DNA from: a virus
Strand: one strand, 5' to 3'
IMG/VR virus record: IMGVR_UViG_3300045988_170321
Location: 1 to 38,205 of that record
DNA: 38,205 nt
Below, piece by piece: positions 6,781 to 16,043 of the stretch. Each line of letters opens with the position of its first letter. Position 1 is the stretch's first letter. The notes below the pieces were generated by a model. It had not been told where the DNA came from, made no database searches, and saw only the letters and a program-made list of their open reading frames with translations. The position numbers and the translations under genes were made by a program.

Positions 6781-6978
6781 ATGAGCAGACGCAAGCATAC
6801 ATCGGGGACCCAGAATAAGCGCACCTGCCTTTCTGCCGTCGAGCAGATGCAGCAGGAGCGCAAAGCCTTAAAAGCGGCCAGAAAGAAGTTTCCCAATGAC
6901 CCACAGAAGGCAAGGGTCGAGGCGCAGCTGATAATGCTGGGAGCAATGGGCCGCAGCGGACACACATTCGGGAGGTAA
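6781..6978 (+). CDS. Hypothetical basic 65-aa protein
   Basis: AAGGAGG RBS with a 7-nt spacer before the ATG. Confidence 0.55.
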   Translation: MSRRKHTSGTQNKRTCLSAVEQMQQERKALKAARKKFPNDPQKARVEAQLIMLGAMGRSGHTFGR

Positions 6979-6982
6979 GACA

Positions 6983-7159
6983 ATGTATAAGGTAATTGAT
7001 ACATACGACGGATTTGACGATGTCGTAGGAGTATTTGACACCGAGGAAGAAGCGAGAGAAGCTGCGGAGGAGCACGCTGAGGACACTGACGGCGAGTGCC
7101 AGGTAATCATTTACAGGTTTGTTTCGCCTGTTAAGGGCTTCGAGGTCGTAACGCACTAA
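6983..7159 (+). CDS. Hypothetical acidic 58-aa protein (not in the ORF track)
   Basis: Translation is MYKVIDTYDGFDDVVGVFDTEEEAREAAEEHAEDTDGECQVIIYRFVSPVKGFEVVTH. A GGGAGG RBS lies upstream. Confidence 0.55.
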   Translation: MYKVIDTYDGFDDVVGVFDTEEEAREAAEEHAEDTDGECQVIIYRFVSPVKGFEVVTH

Positions 7160-7178
7160 TACGTAAGGAGGGCTAAGC

Positions 7179-7406
7179 ATGAACATGAATATGAACAAGA
7201 AAAAGGCAAGGCCGTATATCTACAGCTGGGACGAGGTTCCGCTGTTTGTGGATATCCCGTTTTGCAGTAAGCTGTTAGGCATATGCTGTGAGACTATCCG
7301 CCAGAAGTGCGCAAATGGCAAGATACGTGCGTTAAAAACGGACGCAGGCTGGAGAATATCCAAGGAGACCCTTATGGAATTTTACGAGAAGGGCGGGGTA
7401 ATATGA
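7179..7406 (+). CDS. Excisionase-family / MerR-like HTH DNA-binding protein
   Basis: Small protein with FCSKLLGICCETIRQKCANGKIRALK..GWRI, the HTH_17-like pattern. An AGGAGG RBS lies upstream. Confidence 0.55.
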   Translation: MNMNMNKKKARPYIYSWDEVPLFVDIPFCSKLLGICCETIRQKCANGKIRALKTDAGWRISKETLMEFYEKGGVI

Positions 7407-7876
7407 AGGCCAACAGCGAAAAGGCATTTAGGGAAAAGAACTGGCGGACTATTTTCGAGACAATGGAAGATAACCTGCTGACCGTTCTGGACGTTCTTCA
7501 CGAGGAATACGGCTTCGGCGAGAAGCGGCTTATGCAGTTCCTGCTTTCGGTACAGAATAAGGCGGCAAAGTATAACGAAATGCTGGACGATGGCGTTATT
7601 GACGATAAAACAGGCGGTCAGCGAGAGAAATATGCTGCACAGCTGCATGAGATAATCAAGACCCGTGCCAAATATCAGCTTCCGCCGTCAGTGGTGGATA
7701 TATTTAATCAGTCTGCGCCTACAGCGGCGGAGCTCGACCGCTCGGAGCGTCAGAAGCGCAAAAACAAACAGGTGTCAGTGACCAAGGCGGCAGAGCTGCA
7801 GAACAGCTTGCAGACGGCCAGGGCATGGGCAATGAGTAAGGACGGTGCAGGACATGGGCAGGAAAGCAAAATATGA
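7403..7876 (+). CDS. Hypothetical early protein
   Basis: ATGA overlap with the upstream gene. Confidence 0.5.
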   Translation: MKANSEKAFREKNWRTIFETMEDNLLTVLDVLHEEYGFGEKRLMQFLLSVQNKAAKYNEMLDDGVIDDKTGGQREKYAAQLHEIIKTRAKYQLPPSVVDIFNQSAPTAAELDRSERQKRKNKQVSVTKAAELQNSLQTARAWAMSKDGAGHGQESKI

Positions 7877-8063
7877 ACCGATGGCCGCATCAAAGAAGAA
7901 AAAGCCGCCCAAGGCCCCAAGCATCGAGGCGGTAAGCCGCCGTGCAGATGAGCTGGGCATGACGTATGGGCTGTACGTCCAATCACCCCAGTACATTATT
8001 GATACGGCGGACGACGGGTGTTTCAACAGGAAAAGAGGTAAGAAAAATGCTGACAAAGCGTGA
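7845..8063 (+). CDS. Hypothetical Lys-rich protein (start may be 7854)
   Basis: ORF in the operon context only. Confidence 0.4.
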   Translation: MQDMGRKAKYEPMAASKKKKPPKAPSIEAVSRRADELGMTYGLYVQSPQYIIDTADDGCFNRKRGKKNADKA

Positions 8064-8406
8064 GCTGGCGGTGCTCCTGCTCCTTACACAATGCCGAAAG
8101 GTGCTTATCATCATGCCGACGGATAAACAGGCAAAGAATATGCAGGAATTTCTCAGGGCACAGATAAGGGCTGAGTATCCTACATTTTGCAACAGCTACA
8201 CAGTGACCGGTATGGTAGTACATATCCGTGGTCACGAAAACGTGACAGTTGCGACCCCGGAGGACTGGCGGACATATAACAAATGCGTATTCAACGGCAT
8301 TGTGCTTGTCGATGATGATATGTCTCCCGATAACTATGCACCGCTTCCATATATCACTGAAAGTCCTGAGAAGCTTCACAAGTATCTGGGGGAGCGGATT
8401 ATATGA
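8047..8406 (+). CDS. Hypothetical protein
   Basis: GAGGTAAG RBS before the ATG at 8047. Confidence 0.5.
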   Translation: MLTKRELAVLLLLTQCRKVLIIMPTDKQAKNMQEFLRAQIRAEYPTFCNSYTVTGMVVHIRGHENVTVATPEDWRTYNKCVFNGIVLVDDDMSPDNYAPLPYITESPEKLHKYLGERII

Positions 8407-8633
8407 TAAATCCACAGAAATTCGGGGATATCCTTTTCATCAACCCTGCAAACGATATCTTTATGGTCACACGTGACGGAGAGATCTTATTGCAGACGGA
8501 TAATCCCCGAGCGGCAGTAGTATTTTTGGCAGGTCTGTTCGAGACAAAGATAATAAATCATTTCAAGCCCTTACTGGAAGCAGAAGGGTACGATGAAAAA
8601 GGGGAGAGGGTTAATGACAACGGACGAGTATAA
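8403..8633 (+). CDS. Hypothetical protein
   Basis: ATGA overlap with the upstream gene. Confidence 0.45.
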   Translation: MINPQKFGDILFINPANDIFMVTRDGEILLQTDNPRAAVVFLAGLFETKIINHFKPLLEAEGYDEKGERVNDNGRV

Positions 8634-9273
8634 AAAGATAGTCTCCGCATCGGTAAGTGAGGAAGCGGAGCAGGCACATATGATGGCATGGTGTGCATGG
8701 GCTCAGAACACATATCCTCAGCTTGACCTTGCCGTACACGTTCCCAACGAGGGAAAGCGCTCGGCGGCGGCAGGATATAAGTTAAAGCAGGCGGGTATGC
8801 GTGCAGGATTTCCCGATTTCTTTCTGCCCGTGCCGATAATCGACACAGACGGCAGACTGATATACAGCGGGCTGGCGATAGAACTCAAAAAGACAGGCGG
8901 ACGGCCCACGGACAAGCAGATAGAATGGTTGGAAAAGCTGGAAGGCACAAGACACGCCGTAGCGATATGCTGGGGAGCGGAAGCGGCAATAGAACTTATC
9001 GGTGCATACTGCCGCAAGGATATTGACAACATCAGACGCAGCACCCATTCGGCGGAGCAGTTAGAGGCAATACGCCCTAAAAAGCGTGCGCCCAAGGTCA
9101 GCAAGATAAACTTTAAGCGGCTATCGTATTTTGCAGTCGGCTGCACACAGACAGCCATTACAGCACTGGATATCCTGATAAACGGTACAGTTACAGGACG
9201 CTCACTGGTTATCGTTCTTGCACTATCGGTAGCGGCGCTGTTTACGATGGTTCGGGAGGTCGGACGTGGATAA
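8614..9273 (+). CDS. VRR-NUC domain nuclease (PD-(D/E)xK) with a hydrophobic C-terminal tail
   Basis: Motifs are GFPDFFL...LAIELK...PTDKQIEWL. The start is placed at MTTDEY, behind GGGGAGAGGG. Confidence 0.7.
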   Translation: MTTDEYKKIVSASVSEEAEQAHMMAWCAWAQNTYPQLDLAVHVPNEGKRSAAAGYKLKQAGMRAGFPDFFLPVPIIDTDGRLIYSGLAIELKKTGGRPTDKQIEWLEKLEGTRHAVAICWGAEAAIELIGAYCRKDIDNIRRSTHSAEQLEAIRPKKRAPKVSKINFKRLSYFAVGCTQTAITALDILINGTVTGRSLVIVLALSVAALFTMVREVGRG

Positions 9274-9643
9274 TCTTCAGATATTCAGCGGGCCTAAATC
9301 AGCAAAATACGGATATCAGCTTAACCCATATAACACCATGATAGGCGCACTGTACGAGTATCATATAGCTGTCAAAAAAATAAAACGCCCGATGTCAGAC
9401 ACCGAGCGCAGGGAATGGGAAGCTATGGTATGGAAGTATTTTGATAAATGTATGTTCAGCTGTTCACGCTGTCATCTTCCGGAATACCCGAAGTTCCCCA
9501 GAGATAAAAGCAGGCTGGATAAAATGGTCACAGGCAGGCTGTACGAACAGCTGTTCGATATCATTAACTACAGAATGCGGCTGTCAAGAGCTATTGCCGA
9601 GATATACGATAAAAAAACTCCCACAGGCGGCCAAAACACCTGA
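9266..9643 (+). CDS. Hypothetical protein (GTG start)
   Basis: GGAGG RBS upstream; overlaps the end of the upstream gene. Confidence 0.45.
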   Translation: MDNLQIFSGPKSAKYGYQLNPYNTMIGALYEYHIAVKKIKRPMSDTERREWEAMVWKYFDKCMFSCSRCHLPEYPKFPRDKSRLDKMVTGRLYEQLFDIINYRMRLSRAIAEIYDKKTPTGGQNT

Positions 9644-9711
9644 GGGAGCGGAAAAATAAAATGTTTATGGTCTGAGTATAGCACATATTCAGAAGAAAGT
9701 CAAGGTGTAAT

Positions 9712-10110
9712 ATGAGTTACGAAATTTTCAGCGGTAAGGCGTTGGAAAAGCTTGGTGAAAAAATCAAATCATCGAGCAGCAAAATAAACATCATGAAGGA
9801 CCCGGTATGCGAGGCACTTAAGTCGTTTTGCAGGCAGTCTGAGGAATTTGCACAGGCTGTAGTACAGGGCGGAAGCTTCGAGGAGTGCATGAAGGCGGTC
9901 GAAAAGGGAGCAGGCTCGGCACTGTCTGATCTTGATGCCTACAAAAAGGCTGTAAAATTCTATTTTCCTACAGCAACGATATCCTTTTCCATGACTATAA
10001 ACACTGAAGGCAATAATGATCTTTCGGAAGCTTCCTCGGGAACCTCCGCAGAAAAATCGGAAGAAAAGTCAAGTGTGAATATGTCACTTGATGACCTTCT
10101 CGGGCTGTGA
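9712..10110 (+). CDS. PcfK-like protein (the family that includes AcrIIA9-type Cas9 inhibitors)
   Basis: The call rests on size, the FAQAVVQGGSFEECMKAV...AYKKAVKFYFPTATISFSMTI pattern and the position directly upstream of a PcfJ-like gene. It was recognised by memory only. Confidence 0.45.
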   Translation: MSYEIFSGKALEKLGEKIKSSSSKINIMKDPVCEALKSFCRQSEEFAQAVVQGGSFEECMKAVEKGAGSALSDLDAYKKAVKFYFPTATISFSMTINTEGNNDLSEASSGTSAEKSEEKSSVNMSLDDLLGL

Positions 10111-10119
10111 GGTGAGAAT

Positions 10120-11802
10120 ATGAAAAAGGATAATGCCAAATTGGCGGAGCTCTGGCGGCAATTTCCCTGTCTGCTAAGCAGGGAAGCCGAGGACCAGATC
10201 GTATATGATGCGCTGCCGCAATTCCTGTTCTACCAAAAGAAGCGTGGCAAAGCATGGTGCTATTGCACTGCCTGCCGCCGCAGCGATGTGTTCCAAAAAG
10301 ATGTGTATGCTGACGGAATACGGATAGGCGGCAGTGATGTTCCGGAACGCCTTAAACACAATGATGTCGGCACCTGCCCGATGTGCGGTCATAAAGTTAC
10401 ATACAAATGCGAGGGCAGAGGACATAAGTGCCTTAGGGCGTGGGGAAATTATGCTGTATTCACTGCAAAAGACAATGTACTGTATATAAATGCCGTAAAA
10501 GTCATAGTATCATGGTCGCACATTGAAGAACCGTATATCGACTATGAGTACCACAGGCGATATATATTTTCCGAATACGGTTCGGAGGAAATGCGCTGGA
10601 CATGGCAGAGTGGGGGCTTCACGGCGATGAAAGCAATAAACGAGCCTGTATTCGGAATGTACAATATGGGCATAGACAGCATGGAATATACCCATTCATA
10701 CACCTGCATCAACGATGATGCAATAGGTGACACATTCCTCAGATACGTGCCATATTACGATTATTGTCAATCGGCGGACGATATTCACCCGGTAAAATTT
10801 ATTGAACTATGTGCGAAAAATCCCGCACTATGCGAGCAGCTGTGGAAATGTGGATTTTCAAAGGTAGTAACAGATATGGCAGTCGGTAAATCCGTCTTTT
10901 CCAAAATGATAAATTGGAAATGCACAGAGATAAAAAAGGCGCTGGGCTTTGATGCCAAGGAAATGAAAGAATTTCATGACAATGGCTGTTACTATTCCCT
11001 TCGGCAGATATACGGATATATGCTGCTGAAAAAAATAAAAGGCATAAACAGCTTCGATGAGTGCATGAACATTCTCAAAGCCGACGGAATAAGTCTTATT
11101 GAAGAAGAGATCAAGCTTTCCCGTCAAATGAGGGCGTCGTTTGTAAAGGTCAGAAACTATATCTATAAGCACTGTAAATCTGACAGATACGGAGGGGCGC
11201 TGGAATGGAGCGACTGCAACAGAATGATGGATACGCTCGGATATCCCAAGGAAAGCGTTCTGAGATTTCCCAAAAGTCTTAGAAAGCTGCATGACCGTCT
11301 CGTAAACGAGACCAATGCGGCGGAAGAACGTATAAGAAAGGCTCAGGACGTCCCCAATGACCTTAAAATCAAGGCACAGGAGGAAGAGCTGTCAAAGCTC
11401 ATCTACAGCAATCTGCTGTATGAAATAGTATTGCCTAAGGATATGCAGGATATCAGAGATGAGGGCAAAGTCCTTGACCATTGTGTGGCATCATACGCCG
11501 AGCGCCATGCCAGAGGTGCTACACACATATTTTTTATTCGTAAGCGCTGGAACCCTGAGGAACGGTGGTACACCATCGAGGTATCGGCGGAAGGATATAT
11601 ACGGCAGTGTTACGGATACAAGGATAACAGAACGGTCAAGAAGCCAGACAGCATCAAGCAGTTTGAAAAAGAGTATCGGCTGTTCCTGGATCATGTATTC
11701 AATAGGCTGAGCGACAAGGAATATGAAAAAGAGGCAATGAAGCTTGCCGATAACGGAGGTAACGAAAATGGAAGAAACAACAATAATCAGCTCACAGCAT
11801 AA
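10120..11802 (+). CDS. PcfJ-like protein
   Basis: The C-terminus carries EGKVLDHCVASYAERHARGATHIFFIRK. An N-terminal Cys cluster reads CYCTAC...CPMCGH. Confidence 0.6.
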   Translation: MKKDNAKLAELWRQFPCLLSREAEDQIVYDALPQFLFYQKKRGKAWCYCTACRRSDVFQKDVYADGIRIGGSDVPERLKHNDVGTCPMCGHKVTYKCEGRGHKCLRAWGNYAVFTAKDNVLYINAVKVIVSWSHIEEPYIDYEYHRRYIFSEYGSEEMRWTWQSGGFTAMKAINEPVFGMYNMGIDSMEYTHSYTCINDDAIGDTFLRYVPYYDYCQSADDIHPVKFIELCAKNPALCEQLWKCGFSKVVTDMAVGKSVFSKMINWKCTEIKKALGFDAKEMKEFHDNGCYYSLRQIYGYMLLKKIKGINSFDECMNILKADGISLIEEEIKLSRQMRASFVKVRNYIYKHCKSDRYGGALEWSDCNRMMDTLGYPKESVLRFPKSLRKLHDRLVNETNAAEERIRKAQDVPNDLKIKAQEEELSKLIYSNLLYEIVLPKDMQDIRDEGKVLDHCVASYAERHARGATHIFFIRKRWNPEERWYTIEVSAEGYIRQCYGYKDNRTVKKPDSIKQFEKEYRLFLDHVFNRLSDKEYEKEAMKLADNGGNENGRNNNNQLTA

Positions 11803-12796
11803 TGAGTGCCTGGACTGGAGTCTTGAGCAGATAGACCAGTCCATTGTAGCACATTCATATGATATGGCACGCTCTATACTGGAGATCGGCAAGGCTCTCA
11901 AGGCCATTGAAGACGGGAAAAAGTACACCGAAAAAGGATATTCCAGCTTTAAAGAATATATGGAAGACGCATCGGCGCATACATTTGAGTTTAAATATAC
12001 TCAGGCACGGAAGCATATCAGGGTGTACGAACGATTTGGCGGTCGTCTTGACAAGCTTAATTGTGCCAAAATTGAGGTACTCGACGTTCTCAGAGATATC
12101 CCGGAAGAGGATTTTGAAAAGCTCAACGACAGTGGAGAACTTAATGCTATGAGCAAAAGGGAGGCCGAGGAGCTGAAAGCCAAGCTTGAAGCAGCCAATG
12201 AGCAGATATGTCTATTGACTGCCGAAAATGATAAGATAGCTGTCGAAAAAGAAAAAATTACAGCCGACTGCAATAGCTTCAAGGCTGAACGTGATGAATA
12301 CTACGAGCAAATGAAGGGACTTGAAAGCCGACCTGTGGAAACAGTCATTGCAGAGCCTTCCGAGGAACTTCTGAGGTCAATCCGAGAAGAGGCTGCCAAG
12401 GAAGCCGAAAAGAACATGGTATCTGCAAAGTCTGAATATGAGAAAGCAATTAAGGAGCTTAAGAAAGAAAAGAAAGCGGCTGAAAGCAGGGTCAAGGAGA
12501 TAGAAGAAGCTCATAAAAAGGAGCTTGATGATATGTCCGCATCGTTGGGAGCGGACAAGGCAGCCACTGATGAACGAATAAAAGAGCTTGAACGCAAATT
12601 GCAGTCAGCCGAAAAGCCTGCCGATTCGGAGCTTATCGAGTTCAAATTCTATTTTGCCGAGACACAGGACAACCTCAAAAAGTTCCTTAATGCACTCGAC
12701 AAAGTATCGGATCCCGAGAAGAAAGAAAAATTCAAGGGAGCGGCTATTAAGTTTGTAGAAGCCATTCTCGGTGATCTGAAGAAGGAAAGCTTATAA
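11768..12796 (+). CDS. Coiled-coil protein, DUF3102-like N-terminus
   Basis: GGAGGT RBS upstream. The N-terminal ~110 aa are globular and the rest is Glu/Lys-rich coiled coil. Confidence 0.45.
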   Translation: MEETTIISSQHNECLDWSLEQIDQSIVAHSYDMARSILEIGKALKAIEDGKKYTEKGYSSFKEYMEDASAHTFEFKYTQARKHIRVYERFGGRLDKLNCAKIEVLDVLRDIPEEDFEKLNDSGELNAMSKREAEELKAKLEAANEQICLLTAENDKIAVEKEKITADCNSFKAERDEYYEQMKGLESRPVETVIAEPSEELLRSIREEAAKEAEKNMVSAKSEYEKAIKELKKEKKAAESRVKEIEEAHKKELDDMSASLGADKAATDERIKELERKLQSAEKPADSELIEFKFYFAETQDNLKKFLNALDKVSDPEKKEKFKGAAIKFVEAILGDLKKESL

Positions 12797-12809
12797 AGGA
12801 GCCATTCAT

Positions 12810-13412
12810 ATGAACTACACAAAAATTTATGCCGCAGTGGCAAAGAAGAAAACGATATATGTCTGGCAGCCGAACGAAAGTGACCAGTGGCTTATAGTTG
12901 ATGGAGCCATATACAGTGTAAGCGGACTGCCTGACCTTAACTGTGAAAATGTCCTGCCTCTCATAGGTGTTGACAGTGAAACCAGTGCATCATACAACGT
13001 AAGCTATTTCAATGGGAAGAACAAGGATATCTTGCGGAAATACATATACTGCAATGCCTGTGAAGGCGATGGGCTTATGGTCCCCACGAAGCTTGCATTC
13101 AGTGATGTGGTCGTGCTCAGAGGTGAGAGCAGCAATGCTCCTCTTTGCGAGTTTGTAAAAGCGGAAAGCATCAGGCCATTTTCGGGGCAGGGTGTTGAGT
13201 TTATTTACAGACCTACTCCCGATCTTTCGCCGGGGGCCATGATAATCATCAAGGAGGGGCTTATCACAGTGGGAGCGGCCATTCCGTACAGTTTCAAGGG
13301 CAGTTTTAGAAATACAAACACTCTGCGGCATGACCTTCTTGCTGCAGCCCGTGAAATTGAAGAGCAGACCAAAGAAGATGCGGACGAGGAATTTGAGCAG
13401 ACCGAACTCTGA
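12810..13412 (+). CDS. Hypothetical protein
   Basis: ORF with an AAGGAG RBS. Confidence 0.5.
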   Translation: MNYTKIYAAVAKKKTIYVWQPNESDQWLIVDGAIYSVSGLPDLNCENVLPLIGVDSETSASYNVSYFNGKNKDILRKYIYCNACEGDGLMVPTKLAFSDVVVLRGESSNAPLCEFVKAESIRPFSGQGVEFIYRPTPDLSPGAMIIIKEGLITVGAAIPYSFKGSFRNTNTLRHDLLAAAREIEEQTKEDADEEFEQTEL

Positions 13413-13441
13413 GCATTCTCTTCTGCACTATATCAACAACG

Positions 13442-13476
13442 TATCCTATACTATTACATTTATATAGTATAGGATA
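13442..13476. repeat. Perfect 12-bp inverted repeat (TATCCTATACTA, 11-nt spacer, TAGTATAGGATA)
   Basis: Read directly in the 163-bp gap upstream of the Rep-like gene. Confidence 0.8.
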
Positions 13477-13575
13477 TCCTCGCATTTTCGCAAAAATAAA
13501 AATGGCCTAAAAAGGCTTTTAAAAACTCGTTTATAGTATTATCTTTTGAGATTATGAACGGAAGGAAGTGATAAC

Positions 13576-14337
13576 GTGGTACGTGGGTATCTGATGGCTG
13601 TAACAGACATTAACGACGAGCGGCACATCGTTAAGACCTACTCATCGGGCATGATAAACAATCACGGACTGAAAGGCAGAGCAAAGAAGTCCGCTGAGAC
13701 TGCCGACAAGGTGAAGAAGCATAACCAAAAGGTCAGCATTCAGAATTTATGCTGGCTCATGCAGCTGAACTTTGAAGAGGGCGATTATAACCTGTCGCTG
13801 CATTACTGCGCAAACGGTGACAGACCCCTCGATGAGTGGCAGGCGCAGAAAAATGTTGCTGCATTCTGCAAGGACCTGAAAAAATGGTGCAAACAGAATA
13901 TGCCTGACGGATATTCTCTCGATTATCTGTATTGCACACACACTACGACAGCCAGAGGCGCTATCCACCACCACATGATATTACGCAAGGATATCCCGCT
14001 GCACGTCATACAGCAGCTGTGGGCAAAATGGGGCAGTGTTTCCGTCGGGCGCAGCCTTTATAGGGGCTATGATTATTATACGCTGGCGTGGTACTGGATA
14101 GCCGACCCGAAGCATGAGCCGCACCCAAAGGGTATGCGGTCATACATACCGTCACATGGGTTGAAACGTCCTGTAACAGTCCGTGAGATAGTTCCTGCGA
14201 AAACATGGCGCATAAACCCCAAAGCCCCAAAAGGCTGGCGCATCAAAGAGGACACGCTTTACAACGGCGTTGATGTTTACGGATATCCGTACCAGAGCTA
14301 CACGATGATAAAAATATCGGACGTGAAGAGGATTTAA
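13576..14337 (+). CDS. Putative HUH-superfamily rolling-circle Rep-like protein
   Basis: It has an AIHHHMIL (HUH-like) motif and Tyr-rich LYRGYDYYTLAWYW downstream. The GTG start lies behind GAAGTGATAAC. Confidence 0.4.
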   Translation: MVRGYLMAVTDINDERHIVKTYSSGMINNHGLKGRAKKSAETADKVKKHNQKVSIQNLCWLMQLNFEEGDYNLSLHYCANGDRPLDEWQAQKNVAAFCKDLKKWCKQNMPDGYSLDYLYCTHTTTARGAIHHHMILRKDIPLHVIQQLWAKWGSVSVGRSLYRGYDYYTLAWYWIADPKHEPHPKGMRSYIPSHGLKRPVTVREIVPAKTWRINPKAPKGWRIKEDTLYNGVDVYGYPYQSYTMIKISDVKRI

Positions 14338-14370
14338 GTGAGACAAGGATATGCGATAAGGAGGTAAGGA

Positions 14371-14565
14371 ATGACGATAGAACAGCAGAAGCAGCATTTT
14401 TGCCTTAGCAAGGAAGAGATAGAAAAGGCTTGGGAAGATCAGCACAATGGTGACACGTTGGTCAAGGTGTCGTTAAAATATCACTGCGGCATATCTACCC
14501 TTTACCGAGGGTATCGCATATATGGTCTTGGCACTCCTGTGCGGAAGCAAGGTAATAGAAAGTGA
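14371..14565 (+). CDS. Small HTH-like protein
   Basis: Contains GISTLYRGYRIYG. AAGGAGG RBS upstream. Confidence 0.4.
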   Translation: MTIEQQKQHFCLSKEEIEKAWEDQHNGDTLVKVSLKYHCGISTLYRGYRIYGLGTPVRKQGNRK

Positions 14566-14912
14566 CATCTGAATTCTTAAGATGGCTTGTAGGTCTTATA
14601 CGGTCAGGCGATGTACACCCGTTTTATATCTCTACCGAGTGGCGGAGGTCCAGAGCAAAGGCAATGAAGTACTATCACGGGGAATGTCAGCGATGCAAGC
14701 ATGAGAAAACTCCAAGTGTTCTTACGCCTGCAACGATGGTACATCATGTAAAACCTGTAAAAAAATACCCTCAATATGCCCTGTCTTTGTTTGTTTTTAA
14801 TGCACAAACAGGGAAAAAAGAGGCTCAACTTATCCCTTTGTGCAATGACTGTCACGCAGCTGTCGAAAGCAAGACAATGAAGGCGACAGAAGGATATCCG
14901 GAGCGATGGTAG
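14562..14912 (+). CDS. HNH endonuclease (packaging-associated)
   Basis: Motifs are CQRC...HH..P......CNDCH. It lies immediately upstream of the terminase genes. Confidence 0.8.
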   Translation: MTSEFLRWLVGLIRSGDVHPFYISTEWRRSRAKAMKYYHGECQRCKHEKTPSVLTPATMVHHVKPVKKYPQYALSLFVFNAQTGKKEAQLIPLCNDCHAAVESKTMKATEGYPERW

Positions 14913-15076
14913 GGCGTTTTTTTGGGGTATCCCCCCTTTCAAAAAAAGGCGGAATTTTGAGCCTTTTCATATCGGGCATAGGGACAGGACAATGTCGGGA
15001 GGAGCGGAAATTTTTGTTCTACGCACATATGCGCACATGCGCACGCGCGCGTAAATAGTATAGGAGGCAACAGTAT
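14913..15076. other. Candidate cos/packaging-site region
   Basis: Non-coding gap between the HNH and small terminase genes. It contains ACGCACATATGCGCACATGCGCACGCGCGCGT (about 15020-15053). Confidence 0.3.
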
Positions 15077-15394
15077 ATGGGAGCGGCCAAAAGGCAGAAA
15101 ATCACGGACATAAGAGAGTCACTGCTTGAACAGCTCAGAAGCTCGGGCAGGGACACTCCGTATTACATTGACATGGTGGACGCTTATCTTGACCTGTGGA
15201 GGGGAAGAGAGGCATTCAGAAAAGACATTTCAAAGAGAGGGTATTTTGTCTGCGAGACGGACAAGTATGGAAACACATGGAACAAAGTCAATCCCTCGGT
15301 GGCGGCGAGGCAGGGCACTACTGTGAAAAGGGCGGCTCAGCTTATAAAGCTTGGACTCAATAATCCCTGCGCTGACGATGATGAGGAGATGTGA
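15077..15394 (+). CDS. Terminase small subunit, P27 family
   Basis: The call rests on size, sequence pattern (...YYIDMVDAYLDLW...NPSV...) and position. Confidence 0.65.
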   Translation: MGAAKRQKITDIRESLLEQLRSSGRDTPYYIDMVDAYLDLWRGREAFRKDISKRGYFVCETDKYGNTWNKVNPSVAARQGTTVKRAAQLIKLGLNNPCADDDEEM

Positions 15395-15423
15395 CAGGCG
15401 TGTCCGTTGAAAGAGGTGATAAC

Positions 15424-15639
15424 ATGGCAGTCGGTAACAAAGGGAGCGGCGCGTGCTGCTGCTTCGGGTGCGGCAGGCGGTCTCAGTCCTGTCACGCTCA
15501 GTGTGAAGAATACAGAGAATATCTGAAAAGCAATGCGGAGAAGCGCAATGCGCATCTGAAAGAGAGGCTTGCACTTCAAGGCTACTCCGAGCACGTGGCA
15601 AGGTGCATCGAGAGAAGAAACAGGAAGAAAAGGCAATAA
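15424..15639 (+). CDS. Small Cys-rich basic protein
   Basis: Cys cluster CCCFGCGRRSQSCHAQC. AGAGGTGATAAC RBS upstream. Confidence 0.45.
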   Translation: MAVGNKGSGACCCFGCGRRSQSCHAQCEEYREYLKSNAEKRNAHLKERLALQGYSEHVARCIERRNRKKRQ

Positions 15640-15657
15640 TGCTATTGGGAGGTACAT

Positions 15658-15930
15658 ATGGAAAATACACATACGGCGATAATCAGGTTCCGTGACGGCG
15701 ACAGTGCGGAGGTCAAGGGCTGTGCTATGATGGGCGTTGACGCTTCTGGGAATGTGATTGTCATGGAGATGGGCACAGGCGACAAGCTGCTTATCAATTT
15801 TGACTGTGTGAGATATGCAGGCTTTGAGGATACGGTGGGAGCGGTCTCTGTCAATGACAATGAGCCTGAGACATTCCGCAGTTCCCGCAGCAGGACGGGC
15901 AGAGGCAGGCAGGGGGGCAATGGCGTATGA
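15658..15930 (+). CDS. Hypothetical protein
   Basis: GGGAGGT RBS upstream. Confidence 0.45.
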   Translation: MENTHTAIIRFRDGDSAEVKGCAMMGVDASGNVIVMEMGTGDKLLINFDCVRYAGFEDTVGAVSVNDNEPETFRSSRSRTGRGRQGGNGV

Positions 15931-16043
15931 TGATGTTTGTGGCGGGCTTCCTTATCGGGTGTTCTATGGCAGCGGTACTGATCGGAGTTGCTGCCTGCGT
16001 TATAGCTTCGGGCGATGCGGAAAGGAAGAATAAAAAGAAATGA
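15927..16043 (+). CDS. 38-aa single-pass membrane peptide (not in the ORF track)
   Basis: Translation is MMMFVAGFLIGCSMAAVLIGVAACVIASGDAERKNKKK. It has ATGA overlaps with both neighbouring genes. Confidence 0.45.
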   Translation: MMMFVAGFLIGCSMAAVLIGVAACVIASGDAERKNKKK

